Shown one piece after another: positions 56,732 through 64,000 of a DNA stretch of 64,000 bases (positions within the stretch are counted from its first letter, which is position 1; every line of letters starts with the position of its first letter). Under the pieces are notes generated by a model that did not search any database, was not told the origin of the DNA, and saw nothing but the letters and a program-made list of their open reading frames with translations. Source of the stretch: Candidatus Limnocylindria bacterium (GTDB lineage Bacteria; Chloroflexota; Limnocylindria; QHBO01); the NCBI GenBank assembly GCA_035700865.1, contig DASSOH010000024.1, positions 18,201 through 82,200 on the forward strand, given 5' to 3'. The position numbers and the translations under genes are program-made.

Positions 56732-59341
56732 GTGGCCATCAAGCACGAGGCCGAGATCGGCGGCCAGGTCTTCAGCATGGAGGCCGGCAAGCTCGCCGAG
56801 CAGGCCGACGGCGCGGTGATCGTCCGCTACGGCGACACCGTCGTCCTGGCGACCGCGGTCGCCAGCAAGGAGCCCCGCGAGGGCGCCGACTTCTTCCCGC
56901 TCACCGTCGACTACGAGGAGCGCATGTACGCCGCCGGCAAGATTCCGGGCGGCTTCATCAAGCGCGAGTCGCGCCCATCGGAGGCGGCCATCCTGGCCAT
57001 GCGCCTCACCGACCGGCCGATCCGTCCGCTCTTCCCGAAGGGCTACTTCAACGACGTCCAGATCGTCCTGACCGTCCTCTCCACCGACATGGAGAACGAT
57101 CCGGACATCCTGGCGCTGAACGGCGCCTCCGCGGCGCTGTCCATCAGCCACATCCCGTTCATGGGCCCGGTCGGCGCGGTCCGCGTCGGGCGCCTGAACG
57201 GCGAGTTCGTCACCAACCCGACCAACACCCAGCTCGACGAGAGCGATCTCGACCTCGTCGTCGCCGGCACCCGCGAGGCGGTGATGATGGTCGAGGCCGG
57301 CGCCAAGATCCTGCCGGAATCGGTCATGGCCGATGCCATCGCCTTCGGCCACAGCGAGCTGCAGAAGTCCATCGACCTGCAGGAGAAGCTGGTCGCCAGC
57401 GCCGGCACCCCCAAGAAGATGCCGTTCGTCGGACCCAAGGCGCAGTCCATCGTCAAGCTGGGCAAGCGCCTCGCGGCCGGCCAGAGCGAGTTCGTGGTCG
57501 TCGACCTCGAGACGACGGCCATGAAGCCGGAGCACGGCTACATCGTCGACGTCGCCGCGCTGCGCGTGCGAGACGGCAAGGTGGTGGATCGCTTCGAGTC
57601 GCTGGTCAACCCCGGCCGCCCGATCGTCGGCCACCAGGTGCACGGCATCACGACCGACGACGTGGCCAACGCGCCGATCGCCTCGGACGTGCTGAGCCGC
57701 CTGGTCGAATGGATCGGCGACGCGCCGGTCGTGGCGCACAACATCGCCTTCGACATGCCGTTCATCCTTCGCCACCTGCCTCCCGAGGCGAAGTGGGAGC
57801 CGAAGGAGCTGTACGACACGCTGGAGCTCGGCTACCAGCTGTACCCGGACGCCGGCGTCTGGAAGCTCGGCGACCTGGTGCGCTTCGTCTTCGGTCGCGA
57901 CCACGCCGCGGCTCATCGGGCCATGCCCGACGCCGAGGCCACGGCCGAGCTGTTCATCCACTTCACGCAGGGGCTGGCGGAGCGTCTCGACGCCATCCGC
58001 GAGGACATCGCCGCCGAGATCCGTCGTGCGCGCGAGGACTACAGCCGCTCCGAGCAGGGGCAGCACCTCGAGGACATCCGCCGGCGCCACGGCATCGGCT
58101 CCGCGCTCATGGACGTGATGACCAAGTCGACCGTCCGCGAGCTCGTGCTGACCGAGGACATCCGCATCGACGGGCGCGACACCAAGACCATCCGGCCCAT
58201 CAGCGTCGAGGTCGGGGTGCTGCCGCGGACCCACGGCTCCGCCATCTTCACCCGCGGGCAGACCCAGGCCCTCTCGATCGCCACGCTCGGGCCGTCCAGC
58301 GCCGTCCAGCGCATGGACACCATCAGCCCGGAGACCGAGAAGCGGTACCTGCACCACTACAACATGCCGCCCTACTCGGTGGGCGAGGCGCGCTTCATGC
58401 GCGGCCCCGGCCGCCGCGAGATCGGTCATGGCGCGCTGGCCGAGCGAGCGCTGCTGCCGGTGCTGCCGACCCAGGACGAGTTCCCGTACGTCATCCGCGT
58501 GGTGAGCGAGGTGGTGAGCTCGAACGGTTCGACCTCCATGGCCTCGACCTGCGGCTCCTCCCTGGCCCTGATGGACGCCGGCGTGCCGATCAAGGCGCCG
58601 GTGGGTGGTGCGGCCATGGGCCTGATCACCGACCCGGAGACCGGCCGGTACGCCGTCCTGACCGACATCAACGGCAAGGAGGATGCGTACGGCGACATGG
58701 ACTTCAAGGTGACCGGCACGGCCGAGGGCGTGACGGCGCTGCAGATGGACATCAAGGTCGCCGGCATCACCACCGAGATCATGCGTGACGCGCTGGAGCA
58801 GGCGCGCGTGGCCCGGCTCTTCATCCTGGAGAAGATGACCAACGTCATCAGCGCCAGCCGCGAGGAGCTCAGCCCGTTCGCCCCGCGCATCACGACCATC
58901 AAGATCCCCGTGGACAAGATCCGCGACGTCATCGGCTCGGGCGGCAAGGTCATCCGCCAGATCACGGCCGAGACGGGCACCGAGATCAACATCGAGGACG
59001 ACGGCACGATCCAGATCGCCGCGACCAGCGGCGAGGCCGCCCAGAAGGCGATCAAGTGGATCGAGGGCCTGACCAAGGACGTCGAGGTCGGCAAGGAGTA
59101 CCTCGGCAAGGTGACCCGGATCATGAACTTCGGGGCCTTCGTCGAGATCCTGCCCGGCAAGGAGGGCCTGGTGCACATCAGCCAGCTCGCCGACTACCGG
59201 GTGCCGCGGGTCGAGGACGTGGTCAGCATCGGCGACGAGCTGATGGTCGTCGTGACCGAGATCGACCGCATGGGCCGCGTCAACCTGAGCCGCCGTGCGG
59301 CGATGGAGCGGCACATGGCGAAGTCGGGCTCCAACAGCTGA
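56732..59341 (+). CDS. pnp: polynucleotide phosphorylase carrying an inserted DnaQ-like DEDDh 3'-5' exonuclease domain
   Basis: GTG behind TGGAGGA. Canonical PH1 ([26 protein letters not shown]), PH2 (MPPYSVGE...[18 protein letters not shown]), KH and S1 domains. About 185 extra residues sit in the helical domain (nt 57494-58050): [10 protein letters not shown] (Exo I), [12 protein letters not shown] (Exo II), [10 protein letters not shown] (Exo III). 869 aa versus about 700 typical. Confidence 0.9.
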   Translation: MAIKHEAEIGGQVFSMEAGKLAEQADGAVIVRYGDTVVLATAVASKEPREGADFFPLTVDYEERMYAAGKIPGGFIKRESRPSEAAILAMRLTDRPIRPLFPKGYFNDVQIVLTVLSTDMENDPDILALNGASAALSISHIPFMGPVGAVRVGRLNGEFVTNPTNTQLDESDLDLVVAGTREAVMMVEAGAKILPESVMADAIAFGHSELQKSIDLQEKLVASAGTPKKMPFVGPKAQSIVKLGKRLAAGQSEFVVVDLETTAMKPEHGYIVDVAALRVRDGKVVDRFESLVNPGRPIVGHQVHGITTDDVANAPIASDVLSRLVEWIGDAPVVAHNIAFDMPFILRHLPPEAKWEPKELYDTLELGYQLYPDAGVWKLGDLVRFVFGRDHAAAHRAMPDAEATAELFIHFTQGLAERLDAIREDIAAEIRRAREDYSRSEQGQHLEDIRRRHGIGSALMDVMTKSTVRELVLTEDIRIDGRDTKTIRPISVEVGVLPRTHGSAIFTRGQTQALSIATLGPSSAVQRMDTISPETEKRYLHHYNMPPYSVGEARFMRGPGRREIGHGALAERALLPVLPTQDEFPYVIRVVSEVVSSNGSTSMASTCGSSLALMDAGVPIKAPVGGAAMGLITDPETGRYAVLTDINGKEDAYGDMDFKVTGTAEGVTALQMDIKVAGITTEIMRDALEQARVARLFILEKMTNVISASREELSPFAPRITTIKIPVDKIRDVIGSGGKVIRQITAETGTEINIEDDGTIQIAATSGEAAQKAIKWIEGLTKDVEVGKEYLGKVTRIMNFGAFVEILPGKEGLVHISQLADYRVPRVEDVVSIGDELMVVVTEIDRMGRVNLSRRAAMERHMAKSGSNS

Positions 59342-59360
59342 CGGGCCCCGTCCGCACGCG

Positions 59361-60050
59361 ATGGAGGGGGCGGGCGGATCGACCGGAGGCGCGGCGGCGC
59401 TGGCGCAGGTCGCGGCTGAAGTCCGCGCCTGCGCGCGCTGCCCGCTCGCCGCGCGCCGCACTCGCGCCGTCCCGGGCGAAGGGAACGTCCTGAGCGACGT
59501 GCTCCTGGTGGGGGAGGGCCCCGGCGCGCGGGAGGATGCCACCGGCCGTCCGTTCGTGGGTCCGGCCGGCCAGCTGCTCACCGAGCTGCTGCGCAGCATC
59601 GGCTGGGAGCGGGAGGACGTGTTCATCACGAACGTGGTGAAGTGCCGCCCGCCCGGCAACCGCGACCCGGAGCCCCACGAGGTGGCCGCGTGCGGCAGCT
59701 ATCTCGATCGACAGGAGCGGGCGCTCGATCCGGCCGTCGTCGTGACGCTGGGTCGACACTCGCTCCAGCGCTACCTGCCCGGGTCGCGCATCGGCGCGAT
59801 CCACGGCCGGCTGCGTCGCTCGCCCTCGGGCCAGCACATCTTCCCGATGTACCATCCAGCTGCGGCGCTGCACCAGGCCTCGTTGCGCGAAACGCTCTTC
59901 CGGGACGTGCACGAGCTGCCCGCAGCGTTGCTGGTCGCCCGCGAGGCGCTCGATCGTGAGCGCATCCAGGCGGCTGGGGCCGAGGAGGCGGTGGCGCCGG
60001 GACCACCGGAGCCGTCGGCCGACGACGCCCAACAGATGACACTCTTCTAG
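59361..60050 (+). CDS. uracil-DNA glycosylase, family 4 (4Fe-4S)
   Basis: CARCPLAARRT...GEGPGAREDATGRPFVGPAGQLL...FITNVVKCRPPGNRDP...C. Confidence 0.85.
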   Translation: MEGAGGSTGGAAALAQVAAEVRACARCPLAARRTRAVPGEGNVLSDVLLVGEGPGAREDATGRPFVGPAGQLLTELLRSIGWEREDVFITNVVKCRPPGNRDPEPHEVAACGSYLDRQERALDPAVVVTLGRHSLQRYLPGSRIGAIHGRLRRSPSGQHIFPMYHPAAALHQASLRETLFRDVHELPAALLVAREALDRERIQAAGAEEAVAPGPPEPSADDAQQMTLF

Positions 60051-60058
60051 GAGCTTCC

Positions 60059-61723
60059 ATGCCCGAATCCCTGCGCATCATCCCGCTCGGCGGGGTGGGC
60101 GAGGTCGGCAAGAACATCACCGTGGTCGAGGCCGCCGGCGAGATCCTCGTCGTCGACTGCGGCCTCGCCTTCCCCGAGCCCGAGATGCTCGGCATCGACC
60201 TCGTGATCCCCGACGTGACCTACCTCGAGGAGCACCGGGACCGCGTGCGGGGCATCATCCTCACGCACGGCCACGAGGACCACACCGGTGCGCTGCCGTA
60301 CGTCCTGCCGAAGATCCCCGGCACGCCGATCTACGCCACCAAGCTGACCGAGGGCCTGGTGCAGGGCAAGCTTAAGGAGCACAAGCTGCTCGACAGCACC
60401 CCCCTGCACGTCGTGGAGCCGGGACGCGAGTTCGCGGTCGGCCCGTTCCGGATCACGCCGTTCCGCGTCAACCACTCCATCCCCGACGGCGTCGGCTACG
60501 CCATCGACACGCCGCTGGGCACGGTCGTCCACACCGGCGACTTCAAGTTCGATCACACGCCGCCCGACGGCAAGCGCGCGGACCTCGGCCTGATCGCCGA
60601 GATCGGCAACCGTGGCGTCGAGTTCCTGCTGTCCGACTCCACGCGAGCCGAGAAGGAGGGGTACACCCTCTCGGAGGCGACGGTGGGGGAGAGCCTGCAT
60701 CGGCTGGTCGGCGAGGCGCCGGGCCGGGTCATCGTGGCGACCTTCGCCAGCAACATCGGACGCGTGCAGCAGGTGCTCGACGCCGCCGCCGCGCACGGCC
60801 GCCGGATGGTGGCGCTGGGCCGGAGCATGGAGCAGAACATCGCCATCGCGCTGGAGCGCGGCTACCTCGAGGACCGCGACGGCACGCTGGCCAAGAAGGA
60901 CCAGCTCCAGCGGCTGGACCACGCGCAGCTGGTGGTGATGACCACCGGGTCGCAGGGCGAGCCGATGTCGGGCCTCACGCGGATGAGCAACCGCGACCAC
61001 CGCAACATCTCGATCGAGCCGGGCGACACGGTGATCGTCTCGGCCTCGCCGATCCCCGGCAACGAGGAGGCGGTGGCCAAGACCATCGACAACCTCTTCA
61101 AGGAAGGGGCGATGGTGCACTACGAGCCACTGGTGCACTGCCACGTCTCGGGCCACGGCTCGCGCGAGGAGCTCAAGCTGATGCTCGGGCTGGTCAAGCC
61201 GCGGCACTTCATCCCGGTCCACGGCGAGTACCGCATGCTGGTCCAGCACGGCCTGCTGGCCGAGGGTGCCGGCGTCGACGTGGACAAGATCTTCGTGCTC
61301 GAGAACGGCCAGGTCGTCGAGTTCGACGGCCAGAAGGCCCGGATGTCGGGCACGGTATCGGCCGGCGCGGTGCTGGTCGACGGCATCGCGGCCATCGACG
61401 GGATCGATGGGGTCGTCCTGCGTGACCGCCGCATGCTCGCCTCCGATGGCGTGGTGATGGTCGCGCTGACCGTCGACGCCAAGACGGGCCAGGTGCTCGG
61501 GGAGCCGGACATCGTCAGCCGCGGCTTCCTCTCCGACCCGGACGACCCGGTGCTGGGCGAAGCCCGCACGCATCTCGTCTCGGCGCTGCGGCAGCCGCGA
61601 CACGACGAGCACACGGCCGAGCCGGGGTACCTGAAGACCAAGGTGCGCGATACCCTCAGCCGCTACTTCCACCAGCGCACCAAGCGCCGGCCGATGATCC
61701 TGCCGATCGTGATGGAGGTCTGA
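60059..61723 (+). CDS. rnj: ribonuclease J (beta-CASP metallo-beta-lactamase RNase)
   Basis: LTHGHEDHTGALP (HxHxDH), beta-CASP motifs, C-terminal domain. 554 aa. Confidence 0.9.
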   Translation: MPESLRIIPLGGVGEVGKNITVVEAAGEILVVDCGLAFPEPEMLGIDLVIPDVTYLEEHRDRVRGIILTHGHEDHTGALPYVLPKIPGTPIYATKLTEGLVQGKLKEHKLLDSTPLHVVEPGREFAVGPFRITPFRVNHSIPDGVGYAIDTPLGTVVHTGDFKFDHTPPDGKRADLGLIAEIGNRGVEFLLSDSTRAEKEGYTLSEATVGESLHRLVGEAPGRVIVATFASNIGRVQQVLDAAAAHGRRMVALGRSMEQNIAIALERGYLEDRDGTLAKKDQLQRLDHAQLVVMTTGSQGEPMSGLTRMSNRDHRNISIEPGDTVIVSASPIPGNEEAVAKTIDNLFKEGAMVHYEPLVHCHVSGHGSREELKLMLGLVKPRHFIPVHGEYRMLVQHGLLAEGAGVDVDKIFVLENGQVVEFDGQKARMSGTVSAGAVLVDGIAAIDGIDGVVLRDRRMLASDGVVMVALTVDAKTGQVLGEPDIVSRGFLSDPDDPVLGEARTHLVSALRQPRHDEHTAEPGYLKTKVRDTLSRYFHQRTKRRPMILPIVMEV

Positions 61724-61729
61724 CCCGGC

Positions 61730-64000
61730 GTGGCCACCCGACGGCGCACGACAACCCGCCGCCGCACCACCCGACGCCGGCGCCAGCAGACGCCGTTCGT
61801 CGTCAGTGGCCGCTTCCTGCGCGAGGGGCTGGCGCTGGTCCTCCTCTTTCTGGCTATCATCAGCGTCATCGCGCTGTTCGCCCCGGACGCCGGCGCGATC
61901 GTCAAGCCCTGGCACGACCTGCTGACCACCATGCTGGGGTGGGGGATCGCCTTCGCCGCACCGCTGCTGGCCGGCTTCGCCGTGATGCTGTGGATGAAGA
62001 CCATGCCCGCCGAGCGCTGGATGGCGGCCACCGGCGCCGCCCTGGTGGCCCTGGCGCTGCTGGGCATGTTCCACCTGGCGGCGGGCGGAACGGCGGAGCT
62101 GGTGGGCACGCCGGAGGGCGGGGGAGCGGTGGGCTTCGCCGTGGCCGGGCTGCTGAAGGGCGCCGTCGGCGACGCCGGTGCCTGGGTGATGCTCGTGATC
62201 CTCGCCGTCGTCGGGCTGCTGCTCTACTTCAACATGACCATCGGCGACCTGGTGGCCGCCTACCTCGCCGAGCGCGACGAGCGCCGCGAGCTGGAGGAGG
62301 AGGCCGCCCGCAAGGCCGCAGGACGCCGGCGCCCGGCTGACGCCACCGGGCGCGCGGTGGAGCCCGCGCCGACCGCCGAGCCACGACCCGGACTGCTCGA
62401 CCGCATGCGGGACCGGCTGGCCGGCGGGCACGACGCCGAGGACGAGCCGCCGCTCATCGTCCGGCGCGAACGACCGGCGCCCGCCACCAACGGCCGCGTC
62501 CGTGTCGGTGGCATGCCCGTGCCGGCGCCCGTGCCGCCGGCGGCTTCGCCACCGGTCATGGCGCCATCCGACGACGACGCCGCCCCGGAGACCCGTCCCG
62601 CCGCCGCCGATGACCTCGAGCAGAGCGAAGAGGCGCGGCTGGCCGCGGCGGCCCAGGAAGAGGCAGCCGACGCCGCGCTGGAGTCCACGCAGCGCTCGTG
62701 GGACCTGCCCGGCCTCGAGCTGCTGGCCGATGCGCCCGAATCGAGCGCCGCGCAGATGGACCTCACCGCCAAGGGCCAGCGCATCCGCGAGACGCTGGCG
62801 CACTTCGGCATCGGCGTGAAGGTGGCCCGGATCCAGGAAGGGCCCGTCGTCACCCAGTACGCCCTCGAGGTCGAGCCGGGCATCAAGCTCAGCCGGATCG
62901 AGGGGCTTTCGGACAACCTGGCGCTGGCCCTCTCGGCCCGCAGCATCCGGATCGAAGCGCCCATCCCGGGCGAGCCGTACGTCGGCGTCGAGATCCCGAA
63001 CTCGGCGTTCGACCTGGTCACGCTCAAGGAGGTGCTGGCCAGCCGCAACTTCGCGGAGGCGTCGGATCGGTCGTCGCTGGCGTTCGCCCTCGGCCAGGAC
63101 GTGGCGGGACAGCCGTTCAGCGCCGACCTGTCGAAGATGCCGCACCTGCTGATCGCCGGGGCCACCGGGTCGGGCAAGAGCGTGTGCGTCAACGCCATCA
63201 TCGGCAGCTTCCTGATGAACACCACGCCGGCCGAGGTGAAGCTCATCCTCATCGACCCCAAGCGCGTCGAGCTGGCGCAGTACAAGGGCATCCCGCACCT
63301 GCTGACCGAGGTCATCGTCGAGCCGGACAAGGCGGTCAACGCGCTGAAGTGGACGGTCGGCACCATGGAGAGCCGATACGCCGAGTTCGCCGCCCGCGGC
63401 GTGCGCAACATCGCCGGCTACAACGAGGCGCTGCGCCCCGGCGAACCGCGGATGCCGTACGTCGTTGTGGTCATCGACGAGCTGGCCGACCTGATGATGA
63501 TCAGCGCGTACGAGGTCGAGGCCACCATCACCCGCATCGCGCAGCTGGCGCGCGCGACCGGCATCCACCTGGTGGTCGCCACCCAGCGCCCGAGCGTCCA
63601 GGTCATCACGGGCCTGATCAAGGCCAACATCCCGTCGCGCATCGCGTTCGCCATGACCTCGGGCGTCGACTCGCGGACCATCCTCGACACCACCGGCGCG
63701 GAGGACCTGCTCGGCCGTGGCGACATGCTGTACCAGCCCATCGACGCGCCGCGCGCCGTTCGCCTGCAGGGCGTGCTGGTCACCGATCCGGAGATCGACG
63801 CGGTGGCGCGACACTGGCGCGCCCAGGGTGGGCCGCAGTACCGGCCGGAAATCACCGCGCCCAAGCGTGACGGCAAGGCCGGGGGCCGGCCCGGGGAGGA
63901 CGAGGAAGAGGACGACGCCGATCCGCTGCTGACGCAGGCGGTGGACATCGTGCGGCGTTCGGACAAGGCCTCGGCCTCGCTGCTGCAGCGTCGCCTGCGC
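61730..64000 (+). CDS. ftsK: DNA translocase FtsK (5' portion; runs off window end)
   Basis: GTG start gives an Arg-rich N-terminus plus TM helices. Walker A GATGSGKS and FtsK gamma-proximal motifs follow. The frame is open to the window end and is absent from the ORF track because no stop codon lies in the window. Confidence 0.88.
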   Translation, partial: MATRRRTTTRRRTTRRRRQQTPFVVSGRFLREGLALVLLFLAIISVIALFAPDAGAIVKPWHDLLTTMLGWGIAFAAPLLAGFAVMLWMKTMPAERWMAATGAALVALALLGMFHLAAGGTAELVGTPEGGGAVGFAVAGLLKGAVGDAGAWVMLVILAVVGLLLYFNMTIGDLVAAYLAERDERRELEEEAARKAAGRRRPADATGRAVEPAPTAEPRPGLLDRMRDRLAGGHDAEDEPPLIVRRERPAPATNGRVRVGGMPVPAPVPPAASPPVMAPSDDDAAPETRPAAADDLEQSEEARLAAAAQEEAADAALESTQRSWDLPGLELLADAPESSAAQMDLTAKGQRIRETLAHFGIGVKVARIQEGPVVTQYALEVEPGIKLSRIEGLSDNLALALSARSIRIEAPIPGEPYVGVEIPNSAFDLVTLKEVLASRNFAEASDRSSLAFALGQDVAGQPFSADLSKMPHLLIAGATGSGKSVCVNAIIGSFLMNTTPAEVKLILIDPKRVELAQYKGIPHLLTEVIVEPDKAVNALKWTVGTMESRYAEFAARGVRNIAGYNEALRPGEPRMPYVVVVIDELADLMMISAYEVEATITRIAQLARATGIHLVVATQRPSVQVITGLIKANIPSRIAFAMTSGVDSRTILDTTGAEDLLGRGDMLYQPIDAPRAVRLQGVLVTDPEIDAVARHWRAQGGPQYRPEITAPKRDGKAGGRPGEDEEEDDADPLLTQAVDIVRRSDKASASLLQRRLR

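Noticed and set aside
57494-58050. Intein or mobile insertion in pnp
   Set aside because: No Hint/splicing motifs (no C/S...HN junctions) and no HNH/LAGLIDADG homing-endonuclease motifs. The inserted sequence instead carries intact DEDDh exonuclease motifs and matches the host codon usage.

Overview
The window is a high-GC (~70%) chromosomal core region from a Terrabacteria-type genome (Actinobacteria/Chloroflexi-like). It is almost entirely plus-strand housekeeping genes in a conserved order: rpsR, ilvE, ileS-lspA-rluD, gmk-priA-def-fmt, rlmN-rpe, dtd, rpmB, recG-rsmD-coaD, yceD-rpmF-plsX, acpP-rnc-smc-ftsY-ffh, rpsP-KH-rimM-trmD-rplS-rnhB-yraN, rpsB-tsf-pyrH-frr-uppS-cdsA-dxr-rseP, nusA-ylxR-infB-rbfA-nrnA-truB-ribF-rpsO-pnp, then udg, rnj and the start of ftsK. 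I found no cas genes, transposases, integrases or tRNA genes. Cis-regulatory RNAs are recognisable: a yybP-ykoY (Mn) riboswitch ahead of a TerC gene, a T-box leader with terminator ahead of ileS, an attenuator-like terminator in the nusA leader, and a long hairpin between rpsO and pnp. Items that deserve a second look: (1) the PNPase gene carries an in-frame ~160-190 aa DnaQ/DEDDh 3'-5' exonuclease domain inside its helical linker domain, with catalytic motifs intact; (2) the dtd/rpmB convergent intergenic region holds three identical 25-nt direct repeats at exact 50-nt periodicity plus a degenerate inverted copy, CRISPR-like in layout but without cas genes; (3) a translationally coupled cassette of a QxxRW processive GT2 synthase and a membrane PH-domain protein sits between ilvE and ileS; (4) a DivIVA-like gene after coaD is in the coaD frame with a strong Shine-Dalgarno but no canonical start codon; (5) a NusB-family paralog sits where fabD/fabG normally are, between plsX and acpP. 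The many long minus-strand ORFs in the track are GC-driven antisense artefacts.
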